A DNA stretch of 64,000 nucleotides, taken from NCBI GenBank assembly GCA_035291665.1, contig DATDRP010000004.1, positions 22,272-86,271 of the forward strand, given 5' to 3'. The notes under the pieces are model-generated. The model searched no databases. It was not told the origin of the DNA and saw only the letters and a program-made list of their open reading frames with translations. Of this stretch, positions 45,610-55,384 are shown piece after piece. Position numbers and translations under genes: made by a program. Every line of letters starts with the position of its first letter. The stretch's first letter is position 1. The DNA is from Patescibacteria group bacterium (GTDB taxonomy: Bacteria; Patescibacteriota; Microgenomatia; UBA8517).

Positions 45610-46624
45610 ACAACAGATAATCTGAATAAAGCTGATTCCAATTTGAGTAATTAAAGACTGTCAAAGTTGCCCGCAGGATCATACTCAATGCTAAAAACAG
45701 TAAGAAGGCCAGGCATATTAAAATGATAAGTATTATCGAAATTTCACCCGATTTTTTATAAATAAAATAGGTGATTAGGGATGGAACGCCGAGTGAAACA
45801 CCAAGGATGATTATGCTTAAGCAGCCTACGGCCATTGTGATTGCTTGGTTTACAATTCCGGTTACGATTGTCGGGATTAAGGAATTTTTCCCCATCCGGA
45901 TAGCCGTTGACCAAGCTTTTGTTGGTGAGTAATTTTCCAAAACAATCAACCGTTCAGCGTAGATACGGCTTATGGTAAGAAGCATAATAGCTGCGAAAAA
46001 TAAAATTACAGAAGAAATGCCTCCGATGATGATCCATAATGTTTTTAATATTTCAAAACTTTTCAAAATATAAAAAATAACTGCCCAAACCATAGGTATT
46101 ACAGTTACCAATCCAAAGCTTAAAAGTCCCAACAATAAAGAAAAATATATAAGATTTTTAAGCCTTTTTATTCCTTGTGGGGAAGTGTTTTCCAGTGTTG
46201 GTGTTTCTTTTTTGGTAAGAGCCATATCAAGGCCGGCGATAAGTGATCCTTTTGCCCAATTAGTTATTAAGAGACTTACTGATATACCCAAAATAATAAG
46301 AAGTAAAGTAAGAAGTGCAATGAGTACCCAGGTTCCGATTGGAATGGAAACTGCCCAATCCCGGAGATTGCCGGTGAATGTGCCCAAAACTGAGTTAGCC
46401 ATATCAGGTAAATTTTCATCAGGTTTTAGAGGGTTTTCCATTTCCAAGTTTTGTGGATTTTCAATGGAATCGGATAGGGAATTGGCAATTCTATATGACC
46501 CGGCACCCGTGGAACTTGATAGAATGAAACCCAAAATCCATAACCATTTATACTTTTTTACGATTTCAAACGATGTTTTTATGTATTTTGAATAATCAGG
46601 AAGTTTCATATTATGCTCTGACAA
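45587..46624 (-). CDS. hypothetical polytopic membrane protein
   Basis: 345 aa with about 6 predicted TM segments. It overlaps its neighbours by a few codons, which suggests an operon. Confidence 0.5.
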   Translation of the reverse strand: MSEHNMKLPDYSKYIKTSFEIVKKYKWLWILGFILSSSTGAGSYRIANSLSDSIENPQNLEMENPLKPDENLPDMANSVLGTFTGNLRDWAVSIPIGTWVLIALLTLLLIILGISVSLLITNWAKGSLIAGLDMALTKKETPTLENTSPQGIKRLKNLIYFSLLLGLLSFGLVTVIPMVWAVIFYILKSFEILKTLWIIIGGISSVILFFAAIMLLTISRIYAERLIVLENYSPTKAWSTAIRMGKNSLIPTIVTGIVNQAITMAVGCLSIIILGVSLGVPSLITYFIYKKSGEISIILIILICLAFLLFLALSMILRATLTVFNYSNWNQLYSDYLLFEKENEK

Positions 46625-47348
46625 CTATTGTACCAGCTATTTTGTCATGCCAGGTCTGTTTTTCCTTATCTTTGATCGCAACAACATATCCGAGTCCGAA
46701 TAATATAGATGACAAGAATTTACCGACAAACTCCCTAAGAAATGCTTTAATATACCCGGGCGCTTCGTCGGTCTCTTTATCTACAACTTTGATCTTGAGA
46801 ATTGCCTTACCCGGTGTTGCGCCGGATTTTCCGATGAAATAAATAGGGTAAAGTACTCCCACCAGCCATCCAATGGATGACAAGGCAATATTAACGGGGT
46901 CAGTTTGGGCAGGGATTGTAAAATTCGGGTTAATCGGAAGGCTTGAGGTGGCAGCTAAGTTTGTTGAATCAGAAAACGCTTTTAATATTTGAGTAAAATA
47001 AGGAAGATTAAAAACAGCGGTTATAAGACTGATGATAATTCCGTCGACAAGAATTGCAAAATACCGTCTCGGAATCGAAGCGTAAATTGATTCGATACCC
47101 GGTTCGGTTTTCTGGGTGATGATTTTTGCCTGGCTTATTGTTTTGAGTTCCGACGGGGAAGCATTTACAACTGTTTGTTCAGGTAAATCAGATTGTTCGT
47201 ATTCAGCCTGTAATTCTGCTTCCTTTTTCTCGGGGAACTGATTTGAAAAAGACATAGTGTTTTTCACTGTTTGTCCCGAGTTCATCGTATCGGATGCAGT
47301 TGGGTTTTGTGAGTCATCAGCCTGAACTTTATTTGGATTTTTCTCCAT
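46611..47348 (-). CDS. RDD-family membrane protein with Ser/Thr/Gln-rich N-terminal region
   Basis: RRYFAILVDGII...GATPGKAILKIKVVDKE...TWHDKIAGTIVV (RDD signature). Confidence 0.6.
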   Translation of the reverse strand: MEKNPNKVQADDSQNPTASDTMNSGQTVKNTMSFSNQFPEKKEAELQAEYEQSDLPEQTVVNASPSELKTISQAKIITQKTEPGIESIYASIPRRYFAILVDGIIISLITAVFNLPYFTQILKAFSDSTNLAATSSLPINPNFTIPAQTDPVNIALSSIGWLVGVLYPIYFIGKSGATPGKAILKIKVVDKETDEAPGYIKAFLREFVGKFLSSILFGLGYVVAIKDKEKQTWHDKIAGTIVVRA

Positions 47349-47523
47349 CTTGATTTCACCTGTATTTAAGTCTATTTGATTTTCCGATTGCTTGTCAATC
47401 GTGTTTGGAATTGCAATGTTTTAAAGGACTAATAGCTATTATGGTTGAGATCGGTACCGAACCTGTAAATTTCAAATCACAAAAATATGCGGTGTTAAGA
47501 TAGAATCTATTTACTGTATATAA

Positions 47524-47895
47524 ATGAGAAGTGAAATTGTGAACGGCAGATACAAAACCAAACCGATCTTCAGGCCTACGGAAGAGGCAGCGTTTGGAAA
47601 TATTGACGCCGAAAAGGATATCTATGAACTTTTCAGAATGTTTTCCGGTGTTGACTCACAAAATAAGAAGCCAGCTCTTGAGCAAATGTTGGTTTTTTGG
47701 CTGCATTATCCATGTCGACTTCCCCAACATGAAATTGCAGTACACTTGGGAATAAGCGATAAGGCTGCCAATAATAGAATTTACGAAGCAAGAAAGAAGG
47801 CATTAAAAGTATTGGGTAATAAACTTACGGAAAGAGAATTTGAAGAAAAGTGGAATATGAGGTTAAATAGCGATAAGGGTAAAACATTTGAATGA
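47524..47895 (+). CDS. small HTH DNA-binding protein (sigma-70 region-4/LuxR-like helix-turn-helix)
   Basis: The segment LPQHEIAVHLGISDKAANNRIYEARKKALKVLG is HTH-like. It overlaps the rsmI start by 4 nt. Confidence 0.45.
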   Translation: MRSEIVNGRYKTKPIFRPTEEAAFGNIDAEKDIYELFRMFSGVDSQNKKPALEQMLVFWLHYPCRLPQHEIAVHLGISDKAANNRIYEARKKALKVLGNKLTEREFEEKWNMRLNSDKGKTFE

Positions 47896-48581
47896 CAGGA
47901 ATACTCTACATAGTTGCAACACCAATCGGAAACCTTGAAGACATTACACTTCGGGCAATCAAAACGCTTAAAAGTGTTGATATCGTCTTGGCTGAAGATA
48001 CAAGAGTTTCAAAGAAATTATTGGATTCCCTATATTCCATACACCATATACCAAGTACTAAATTGGTGAGTTATCACCAGCACTCAAACGAGACAAAGAA
48101 GTTGTGGATATTAAATGAGCTTTTGGGTGGCAAAGATATAGCTTTGGTTACAGATGCCGGAACTCCAGGGATTTCGGATCCGGGTAACGAACTTATTTCA
48201 TACCTTTTACTACATTATCCCGATTTAAAAATAATTCCCATACCCGGACCAAGTGCAATAACAACAACACTTTCTGTAACAGGTTTTGATGTTAACAGAT
48301 TTGTATTTATTGGTTTTATGCCGAAAAAGAAAAAAAATAAACTTCTGACGTGGCTGAAAGAGGGTAAAACCACCTTTGCTTACTATGACTCGCCTCATAG
48401 AGTAATAAAAAATCTTGAGGAAATAAAAACGTTATTCGGATCTGATATAAAAGTATTTGTGGCACGGGAACTTACCAAAATTCACGAAACTTTATATCGG
48501 GGTGCAATTGATGAAGTAATCGCAAAACTGCAAAACGATGTATTGAAAGGTGAGTTGGTGGTTGTGGTCAATCGAAATTAA
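47892..48581 (+). CDS. rsmI: 16S rRNA (cytidine1402-2'-O)-methyltransferase
   Basis: The N-terminal LYIVATPIGNLEDITLRAIKTLKSVDIVLAEDTRVSKKLL is diagnostic of RsmI-type tetrapyrrole-methylase-fold MTases. Confidence 0.85.
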   Translation: MTGILYIVATPIGNLEDITLRAIKTLKSVDIVLAEDTRVSKKLLDSLYSIHHIPSTKLVSYHQHSNETKKLWILNELLGGKDIALVTDAGTPGISDPGNELISYLLLHYPDLKIIPIPGPSAITTTLSVTGFDVNRFVFIGFMPKKKKNKLLTWLKEGKTTFAYYDSPHRVIKNLEEIKTLFGSDIKVFVARELTKIHETLYRGAIDEVIAKLQNDVLKGELVVVVNRN

Positions 48582-48847
48582 ACTTGATTCCACTTATTCA
48601 ATTTTCTGAAAATACTTTTGGAGGTTTGGAAACTTGAGGAAATTTTATTATCGAGAAAGTTTTCGATCATGATGCGAGTTCAAGGCTGCCTCATTTCGTC
48701 TATTACCTCGATTCCTTTTTTATGTGCCTCTGGGGGGAATTGACAATTTCGATTCGATCGGAATTGGTTGTTCTCCCGAATCCCTGCCTGCCGTAGGCAG
48801 GTTACCCTGACGTGTACTTTGTACACTTATATAAGTTGCAGATTTTG

Positions 48848-48919
48848 TGTCCCTGGGTAGAATCGAACTACCATTTAAGGTTTAGGAAACCTCCGTTCTG
48901 TCCGTTGAACTACAGGGAC
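48848..48919 (-). tRNA. tRNA-Arg (anticodon CCT)
   Basis: Reverse-complement cloverleaf: GTCCCTG / TA / GTTC-AACGGACA-GAAC / G / GAGGT-TTCCTAA-ACCTT / AAAT / GGTAG-TTCGATT-CTACC / CAGGGAC / A. The D-loop is identical to that of tRNA-Arg(CCG) at 7794. Confidence 0.75.
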
Positions 48920-49174
48920 AAGTTTGATTTTTGATCTGCAACTCATACAGGACAGGTCAATTCCTGTCCGCCTGTCCCGTTAGAAGCGCAAGCTTTCTAA
49001 TGGGATTGAGCTACAGAGGCGTATCCAGACATATTTTATCATGATAAAGGATAAATCCGCTATGGATTTGATAAGAGATTGTATATTTTGGAATGTAACT
49101 ACCGGTGTATGATGGAGTTGTTTCCTATGTTTTTTTCTACCTACAACCGACAACCTAAAACCTATTTCCTAAAC

Positions 49175-50389
49175 TTACTTTATCGTTAAGTAGTATAAAT
49201 TTGGAGTTGTTGTTGCTCCGCCGAGGTTTGTGAGAATCAATAACCTGTCCTGACTCATAATTGAAAATGCAAAAGGGGAGAGATAGCTCCCATGATAGAT
49301 TTCCTGACGATTTGTACCGTCATAATCCAATATGGTAATTTTATCTTCTTCCGAAAGGACCAGATGCCGGGAGGTTGGGAACCACATCAGTTTACGGGTA
49401 GCGGTACTTATGACTCCGTCACCCACGACAAGATTTTTGGAATCCTCATCGATCAAAAAGTTTTTATCTTCTTTGATGTCATAAACATAAGTATGACCAT
49501 CCGTAAGATTGCGGTTTTGTTCCTGTGAAGATGATCCGGGTAGAGGTTTAACCAGATCATTGGGAATTGTTGCTGAACCGCTAGCAGTATAAACAAGCAT
49601 GTCTTCGTCCGGTGAGAATAGTATGGAAGAGGCCTTTCTGTTTAGGATTGATTCAAGCTCATCCGGAAGCTTTTTCATTTTATTTTGAAGTATTAGTTTT
49701 GTTTCATCATCCCATTCCTTTAAAGTAAGCTGTTTGGTTGCAATAATATTTACCCGTTGAGATTGGGGAGTAAATGTACCGGCATCAAGAAGATACGCAC
49801 CATTCAATGTTGTCAGTAAAATTTGTCTTCCGTCAGGAGACCAAGTCCAGCTGGCATTAGTAAGATTTCCATCGGTCACCTGCCTTGGGTCACGGGTAAA
49901 ACCGATAGGCAAGTTTACTGTTTCCATCACCCACAAGCCAAGTTTATCTGAATTATCTCCCGTTAAATCAGGAAGTACCGCGTAGGCAATTTTACCCATA
50001 TCGGTAGTAGATACCGGATTAGTACTACCGTAAAAAGTTATTGCTGAGAGGGACGGTGCGGATTTGAAAAGTGTAGCGGTAATTTCCGTTACTTCCTCTT
50101 CCTTGATATCAATTCTTTTATTCCAGGTGATGTAACCTTCTTTTTTTATTTCCACATCGTATGAATTGGGGCTTAAAGTGAGGGTAGTATTAGTTGCACT
50201 TTCCAGATTGCCATTCATAAAAATTTGAGCTGAATCAGGTGTGGATTTTGCAACAAGGATTCCGTGGGGTTCAAGTTTTCCGTCGTCGGGATTAAATCTG
50301 AAGCCTCTCGCGTACATTACAGCAAAGTAAGCTCCGAATCCGACAACGAAAAGAGTTAATAGAAATATTAAAATGCGAGTTCTAGCCAT
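49175..50389 (-). CDS. membrane-anchored PEGA-like domain plus beta-propeller (TolB-like) protein
   Basis: N-terminal TM helix, a PEGA-like beta-sandwich (IFMNGN...YDVEIKKEGY) and a WSPDGRQILLT propeller signature. Confidence 0.45.
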   Translation of the reverse strand: MARTRILIFLLTLFVVGFGAYFAVMYARGFRFNPDDGKLEPHGILVAKSTPDSAQIFMNGNLESATNTTLTLSPNSYDVEIKKEGYITWNKRIDIKEEEVTEITATLFKSAPSLSAITFYGSTNPVSTTDMGKIAYAVLPDLTGDNSDKLGLWVMETVNLPIGFTRDPRQVTDGNLTNASWTWSPDGRQILLTTLNGAYLLDAGTFTPQSQRVNIIATKQLTLKEWDDETKLILQNKMKKLPDELESILNRKASSILFSPDEDMLVYTASGSATIPNDLVKPLPGSSSQEQNRNLTDGHTYVYDIKEDKNFLIDEDSKNLVVGDGVISTATRKLMWFPTSRHLVLSEEDKITILDYDGTNRQEIYHGSYLSPFAFSIMSQDRLLILTNLGGATTTPNLYYLTIK

Positions 50390-50501
50390 GATCAGTTAAG
50401 AATAATTATATATGAAATGTATTTTTTATAACAGTTGTTGAGAGGAGGTTATGCTGGTTTTGGATTTTTATAAAATGCGTCGGTTATTGTTTTAAATCTG
50501 A

Positions 50502-50867
50502 TCAATATTTTTTTATAGTCCAAGGCATTGCCATCACTTGCGCTCCACGGTTTGTTCCAAAACTGGTTCTCAATTTTCCGTCATACCTGAAAGTTCCTTT
50601 TTTTGGCAAAAGCATCTCCGTAACAATACCATATTTATCAAGCACCTTTACAAAAACCTGGTCGTTTTTGTGTATTCCATATTCAATTATTTCTCCTCTT
50701 ACATCGGATGCAGCTCCCTGGTTTTTCGAATGTACGTAAACTCTATCACCGACATCTGCCCCCAAATATTGTCGAGCAACTAATGGAACAATAGATAAGG
50801 CGCATCCGCAACTGAGTTCAGCAGCATAAGCAAAATCTTCGGCTTTTGATTTTATTTTCTCAATCAT
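50502..50867 (-). CDS. hypothetical protein, paralog A of a tandem pair
   Basis: 121 aa. It shares YLGADVGDRVYV...GTFRYDGKLRTSFG..R with its neighbour (QGAEVGDVVVI...GTFRPDGKIRTSMG). Confidence 0.5.
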   Translation of the reverse strand: MIEKIKSKAEDFAYAAELSCGCALSIVPLVARQYLGADVGDRVYVHSKNQGAASDVRGEIIEYGIHKNDQVFVKVLDKYGIVTEMLLPKKGTFRYDGKLRTSFGTNRGAQVMAMPWTIKKY

Positions 50868-50885
50868 AATAAGACATTATTACTA

Positions 50886-51263
50886 TCAAGAATTATTAGT
50901 TCTTTTGAAATCAGATTTGGACGGATAAAAATTTGGTCTCAGACTGTCCGGTAAAGCTACGATCCTTATGCTTCTGTGAAATCCCATACTTGTTCTGATT
51001 TTTCCATCAGGTCGAAAAGTACCTATTTGCGGAACTGATTGCTCCACTTCATAACCCTCGTTCGTCAGGATTTTAACGTAAGTTTCATTGTTGCTTTTTC
51101 TTCTGCCGTAGCCAACTACCATACCTTCTACCGAAAGATGATGGGATCTGGAATCAAACTCTCTGCTTATTACAACTACATCACCGACTTCAGCACCTTG
51201 ATATTGTCTTATAAGTTTCTTTAAAGCGGTGACGGCAGACTTATCCTTTTGTTCGGAACTCAT
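50886..51263 (-). CDS. hypothetical protein, paralog B of a tandem pair
   Basis: 125 aa. See the previous entry. Confidence 0.5.
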   Translation of the reverse strand: MSSEQKDKSAVTALKKLIRQYQGAEVGDVVVISREFDSRSHHLSVEGMVVGYGRRKSNNETYVKILTNEGYEVEQSVPQIGTFRPDGKIRTSMGFHRSIRIVALPDSLRPNFYPSKSDFKRTNNS

Positions 51264-51625
51264 AACGACCTATATTATATTCCGGCTGAATATGAAGTCA
51301 AGAATTCCAAGAACTTAGAGAATAGCGAAAAGAGAAAAGCAGGGGAACATATCAACAAATTGAAAATCGGAAATAATTTTAAAATTTTTTAGTTTTCTGA
51401 GTGTTTTACCTTCTTGTTAGTGATTGATCTAATTAATATAATGACTCAAATGATGAGCCTTGATTAATGTATCGGAATATGTTGAAAGCATAACAAAGTA
51501 TATAAGCGAAAAGGGAAAAGTAAAAAAGCGATACGTAACAAGTCACAAGTGACAAGAAGAAGAAACCAAGTGTTCAAAAAACCTAGCAATTTGTAAATAA
51601 TTTAATAATTTAGCAATTTAATTGT

Positions 51626-52633
51626 ATGTTTAGAAAAAAACTGGCTATAGATCTTGGAACGGCCAATACCCTTGTATGGGTTGCTGGTGAGGGAATAGTG
51701 GCCAATGAACCGACGGTTGTGGCAATTTCTGCTGACGACAACCGTGTTGTTGCGGTTGGGGAGGATGCCAAAAGGATGCTGGGAAGAACTCCGGAAGCGC
51801 TCATCGCCAGTAGACCAATGCGTGAGGGGGTAATTGCTGACTATCAGGTAACCGAAGCAATGCTCAAATACTTCATCGGGAATGCAATCGGGCGTTTTAT
51901 AATTCTTAAGCCTGATGTAATGATATGCGTTCCAGCCGGTTGCACCCAGGTTGAACGGCGGGCTGCTCTGGATGCAACTCTTTCAGCGGGAGCCTCGCAT
52001 GCGTATTTGATTGACGAACCTTTGGCAGCTGCAATTGGAGCCGGAGTACCAGTGTCGGCACCCAGCGGGAATATGATATTAGATATCGGCGGAGGCGCTG
52101 CTGAGGCAGCTGTGATTTCTTTGGGGGGAGTTGTTGTTCATAAAAGCGTACGTGTTGCCGGAAATAAGATCGATGAAGCTATTCAGGAGTATTTAAAAAC
52201 AAAATTCAATCTTATAGTCGGAGATCAAACTGCAGAGCACCTGAAAATAAAAATAGGATCTGCTTTGAAACTTAAAAAAGAGGAGAAGATGGAAATATCC
52301 GGACGAGATTTGGTTTTCGGACTCCCCAGAAGTGTTATTGTAGGTTCAAACGATATCACACTTGCGATCAGAGCCACTCTGATGCAAATTATAGGAGCTG
52401 TAAAAGGAGTTTTGGAGGACACACCACCGGAATTGGCGGCAGATATTATTGATAAAGGGATTACGATGAGCGGCGGCACCTCGTCTTTACGGAATTTTGA
52501 TCAGTTAATCGTTGAAGAAACGGGTGTTCCTGCGCACGTTGCAGAAGACCCTTTGCTTTGCGTTGTACGAGGCACCGGAGTCGTTTTGGAGAATATTGAT
52601 CTTTGGAAGAGGAGTGTTACCTCAAGGACATAG
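51626..52633 (+). CDS. mreB: rod-shape-determining actin homologue MreB
   Basis: LAIDLGTANTLVWV, a phosphate-1/2 actin fold and DEPLAAAIGAG across 335 aa. Confidence 0.9.
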   Translation: MFRKKLAIDLGTANTLVWVAGEGIVANEPTVVAISADDNRVVAVGEDAKRMLGRTPEALIASRPMREGVIADYQVTEAMLKYFIGNAIGRFIILKPDVMICVPAGCTQVERRAALDATLSAGASHAYLIDEPLAAAIGAGVPVSAPSGNMILDIGGGAAEAAVISLGGVVVHKSVRVAGNKIDEAIQEYLKTKFNLIVGDQTAEHLKIKIGSALKLKKEEKMEISGRDLVFGLPRSVIVGSNDITLAIRATLMQIIGAVKGVLEDTPPELAADIIDKGITMSGGTSSLRNFDQLIVEETGVPAHVAEDPLLCVVRGTGVVLENIDLWKRSVTSRT

Positions 52634-52976
52634 TAACCTCTAGTAAATTGCGGTACAAAATAAATATTGGGGACAAGTTGAGCATAACCTATTTTGTTTA
52701 GCCTTATTTATTGTTCAAGTATTTTATACAAATTCGTGGATATCTTGATAAAATAGAATAAAGTAGATAGTATATAGTAATTGAGATAAAATAGTGAAAT
52801 TTAAGAAATATTCAAAGAAAAAGTAAGATAATTTTCAATAATATAGGTTGAATTAATTTTGAATTTAGAGGGATATGAATTGACTTCCTGCCAAGCGAAA
52901 TACATTATTTCATGGTAAAATTTGATAATGTACCGGAGGAATTGAGCTTTAATCAATTTTTTTTCAAATAATTAAT

Positions 52977-53918
52977 ATGACAAAAACCCCGTCGGATGGC
53001 AATATTTTGGGAATAACATTGACTGGCAATCAGAAGATGGATCTGCTAAGTGAGATCGAATATTTTTTAGTTAAAAAAGATAAAAGAGGTAGCAGATCAG
53101 CTTCAGTTTTCGGCCGATTTATACCCGGAAAACTTTTTATTACAACGCCAAATCCCGAACAGATGGTTATTGCATCCCAAGACCCCAAATTTAAAAAAAT
53201 ACTTTTAGCCTCAGACGTGAGGCTGTGTGATGGTGTGGGATTAGCCGCCTGGTCAAAATTTTTGAATCTCCCAAAGACAAATGTCCAAGTTTTGAAACCC
53301 ATATTTTACTTACTACAGGGTTTGTATATTGAAATGTCGATAATCTTCAATAGAAATATGCTTGAAAAACACCAAACTGTTATAAAAGGAAGGGAAATGT
53401 TTCTTGATTTACTACGACTAGCCAATAAACACCAATGGAAAATATTTTTGCTTGGTGGAAGAAAATCAGTAAACGAAAAAGCTGTTTCTGTCTTAACGAA
53501 AAAATACAAAAAAATAATATTCCAGGAAGAATCCGGCCCACTTTTAAATGTCAATGGTGTACCGTTGAACGGCGAAGAGTTACGAGTCGATCAAATTGCC
53601 GTACAAAAAATTAATAAGTTTAAACCAGACCTTTTGTTTGTCGGGTTTGGTGCACCCAAACAGGAAAAATGGGTTTATCAACGGCTAGCAAAGCTAAATA
53701 TTAGCGGTACAATGGTTATTGGAGGCACATTGGATCAAATTGCCGGTACAAGACTGAATGTACCATCACTTATAAATAATTTTGGTTTGGAATGGTTGTG
53801 GAGACTTTTTACCGGTTCGCAAAATTTGGAAAGAATATATAACGCTGTCATCCGTTTTCCGATTTTGGTTTATCAGGAGAAATTAAGAATGAACTTAGTG
53901 AGAGGGTTTGAGAATTGA
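52977..53918 (+). CDS. WecB/TagA/CpsF-family glycosyltransferase (N-acetylmannosaminyltransferase-like)
   Basis: The segments ...TPNPEQMVIASQDPKFKKILLASDVRLCDGVGL... and ...KPDLLFVGFGAPKQEKW... match the family core. One internal insertion is present. Confidence 0.65.
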   Translation: MTKTPSDGNILGITLTGNQKMDLLSEIEYFLVKKDKRGSRSASVFGRFIPGKLFITTPNPEQMVIASQDPKFKKILLASDVRLCDGVGLAAWSKFLNLPKTNVQVLKPIFYLLQGLYIEMSIIFNRNMLEKHQTVIKGREMFLDLLRLANKHQWKIFLLGGRKSVNEKAVSVLTKKYKKIIFQEESGPLLNVNGVPLNGEELRVDQIAVQKINKFKPDLLFVGFGAPKQEKWVYQRLAKLNISGTMVIGGTLDQIAGTRLNVPSLINNFGLEWLWRLFTGSQNLERIYNAVIRFPILVYQEKLRMNLVRGFEN

Positions 53919-53966
53919 ATTTATGTATCATATCAATTATTAAAAAACTAGAAAGGTGGTGTTAGC

Positions 53967-54188
53967 ATGACAGGTATAAAAGTTGAGTTGGAAGGAGGAC
54001 CGGTTATAGAAGGACAGGAATATCCGAGAATTACTCCCGACGGAAGAGTTATCGCAGCTGATCCGAGTAAAGTTCACACGATGCGTAGGGGTTTCGCATT
54101 TAATCACGACGGAACAGCAAAATCTACGGCAGAAATAGAAGGAAAGAATTTTGTTCCCGGACCTGATGATGGCTATAAGCTGGGATAA
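53967..54188 (+). CDS. hypothetical small protein
   Basis: 73 aa with protein-like composition, located between the tagA-like gene and fni. Confidence 0.35.
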   Translation: MTGIKVELEGGPVIEGQEYPRITPDGRVIAADPSKVHTMRRGFAFNHDGTAKSTAEIEGKNFVPGPDDGYKLG

Positions 54189-54216
54189 ATTAAAAATAAT
54201 CATCTACAATTAGTTT

Positions 54217-55305
54217 GTGACATCCAACAATATTTCTCAACGAAAAGTCGATCATCTGAAAATCGCACTTTCGGATCAGGTTCAGATTGGCTCTGCCGGT
54301 TTTAAAAATTATTCTTTTACTCATAATGCTTTACCTGAATTGAATTTTGAAGATATTGACACCTCAACCGAATTCTTGGGTAAGAAAGTTAATTATCCGT
54401 TTTTTATTTCTTGCATGACGGGTGGTGTCGAAAAAGGATCAATTATTAACAAAAATTTGGCTATTGCTGCCCAAAAACACAAAATCCCGATGGGAGTGGG
54501 CTCCCAACGCTCAGCAATAGAAAATCCTGAATATGCAAAATCATATGCGGTTGTTCGTAAGTACGCAGTTGATATCCCTGTTATGGCAAATGTCGGACTT
54601 GTACAGCTGAATTATGGATTTGGATTAAAGGAGATTGAGGCAATAATAAAAATGGTAGATGCGGATGCTTTAGTATTTCACATCAATCCGGTTCAGGAAG
54701 TAATACAACCCGAAGGCGACCGGAATTTTGGAAAATTAATTGGAAAGCTTGAGAAAATAATCGATAAGATAAAAGTACCGGTTATTGCGAAAGAAGTCGG
54801 GTTCGGTTTGTCGTTTGAAGTAGTGGAAAAGTTATATCAGGCGGGAGTGAGAATTTTTGATACTGCTGGTTGGGGAGGCACAAATTGGGCAATGGTTGAG
54901 GGTTTAAGAGAGAAGGCAGATCTGAAACTGGCTCAATTATTTTCAAATTGGGGAATACCGACTACAGAATCGATTATACAATGCAAGAAGTTTTCTGATA
55001 GCTTGCAAAAACGGACCCTGAAATTGGGAAAAAGTAACAGTAATAGTAAGAGTAAGAGGAGGGAAGATGTTGTTATATTAGGCTCCGGTGGAGTCAGATC
55101 CGGGGTTGATGTAGCCAAAGCCCTCGCACTTGGTGCAGATTTGGCAGGAATTGCCGCTCCTTTTGCCAAAAAGGCGCTTGTTTCGGCTCACGAGGTTGAA
55201 AAATTAATTTTAAGCTACGCAACTGAGCTGCGGGTGGCTATGTTTGCCACCGGTTCAAAAAATATCAAAAAACTGAAAAATACGAGGCTTCTAAAATTGA
55301 AATAA
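54217..55305 (+). CDS. fni: isopentenyl-diphosphate delta-isomerase type 2 (FMN-dependent), with an in-frame low-complexity insertion
   Basis: RKVDHLKIAL, FISCMTGG, MGVGSQR, VIAKEVGFG and ILGSGGVRSGVDVAKALALGA are collinear with IDI-2. The insert KLGKSNSNSKSKRRED is encoded by an (agtaaN)n repeat. Confidence 0.88.
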   Translation: MTSNNISQRKVDHLKIALSDQVQIGSAGFKNYSFTHNALPELNFEDIDTSTEFLGKKVNYPFFISCMTGGVEKGSIINKNLAIAAQKHKIPMGVGSQRSAIENPEYAKSYAVVRKYAVDIPVMANVGLVQLNYGFGLKEIEAIIKMVDADALVFHINPVQEVIQPEGDRNFGKLIGKLEKIIDKIKVPVIAKEVGFGLSFEVVEKLYQAGVRIFDTAGWGGTNWAMVEGLREKADLKLAQLFSNWGIPTTESIIQCKKFSDSLQKRTLKLGKSNSNSKSKRREDVVILGSGGVRSGVDVAKALALGADLAGIAAPFAKKALVSAHEVEKLILSYATELRVAMFATGSKNIKKLKNTRLLKLK

Positions 55306-55384
55306 TCCTCTTCGCTATTGTATAATATAGGATATATTCTATCTTGATTGTTTGTGAGATTAAATAGTAAGGAAAATATATAAT

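Noticed and set aside
48600-48790. Possible RNase P, SRP or tmRNA in the long non-coding region after rsmI
   Set aside because: The conserved cores (GAGGAAAGTCCGGGC for RNase P, the SRP domain-IV AGGUCAGG...GCAGCC, a tmRNA tag ORF) were not found by eye. Only generic hairpins are present.
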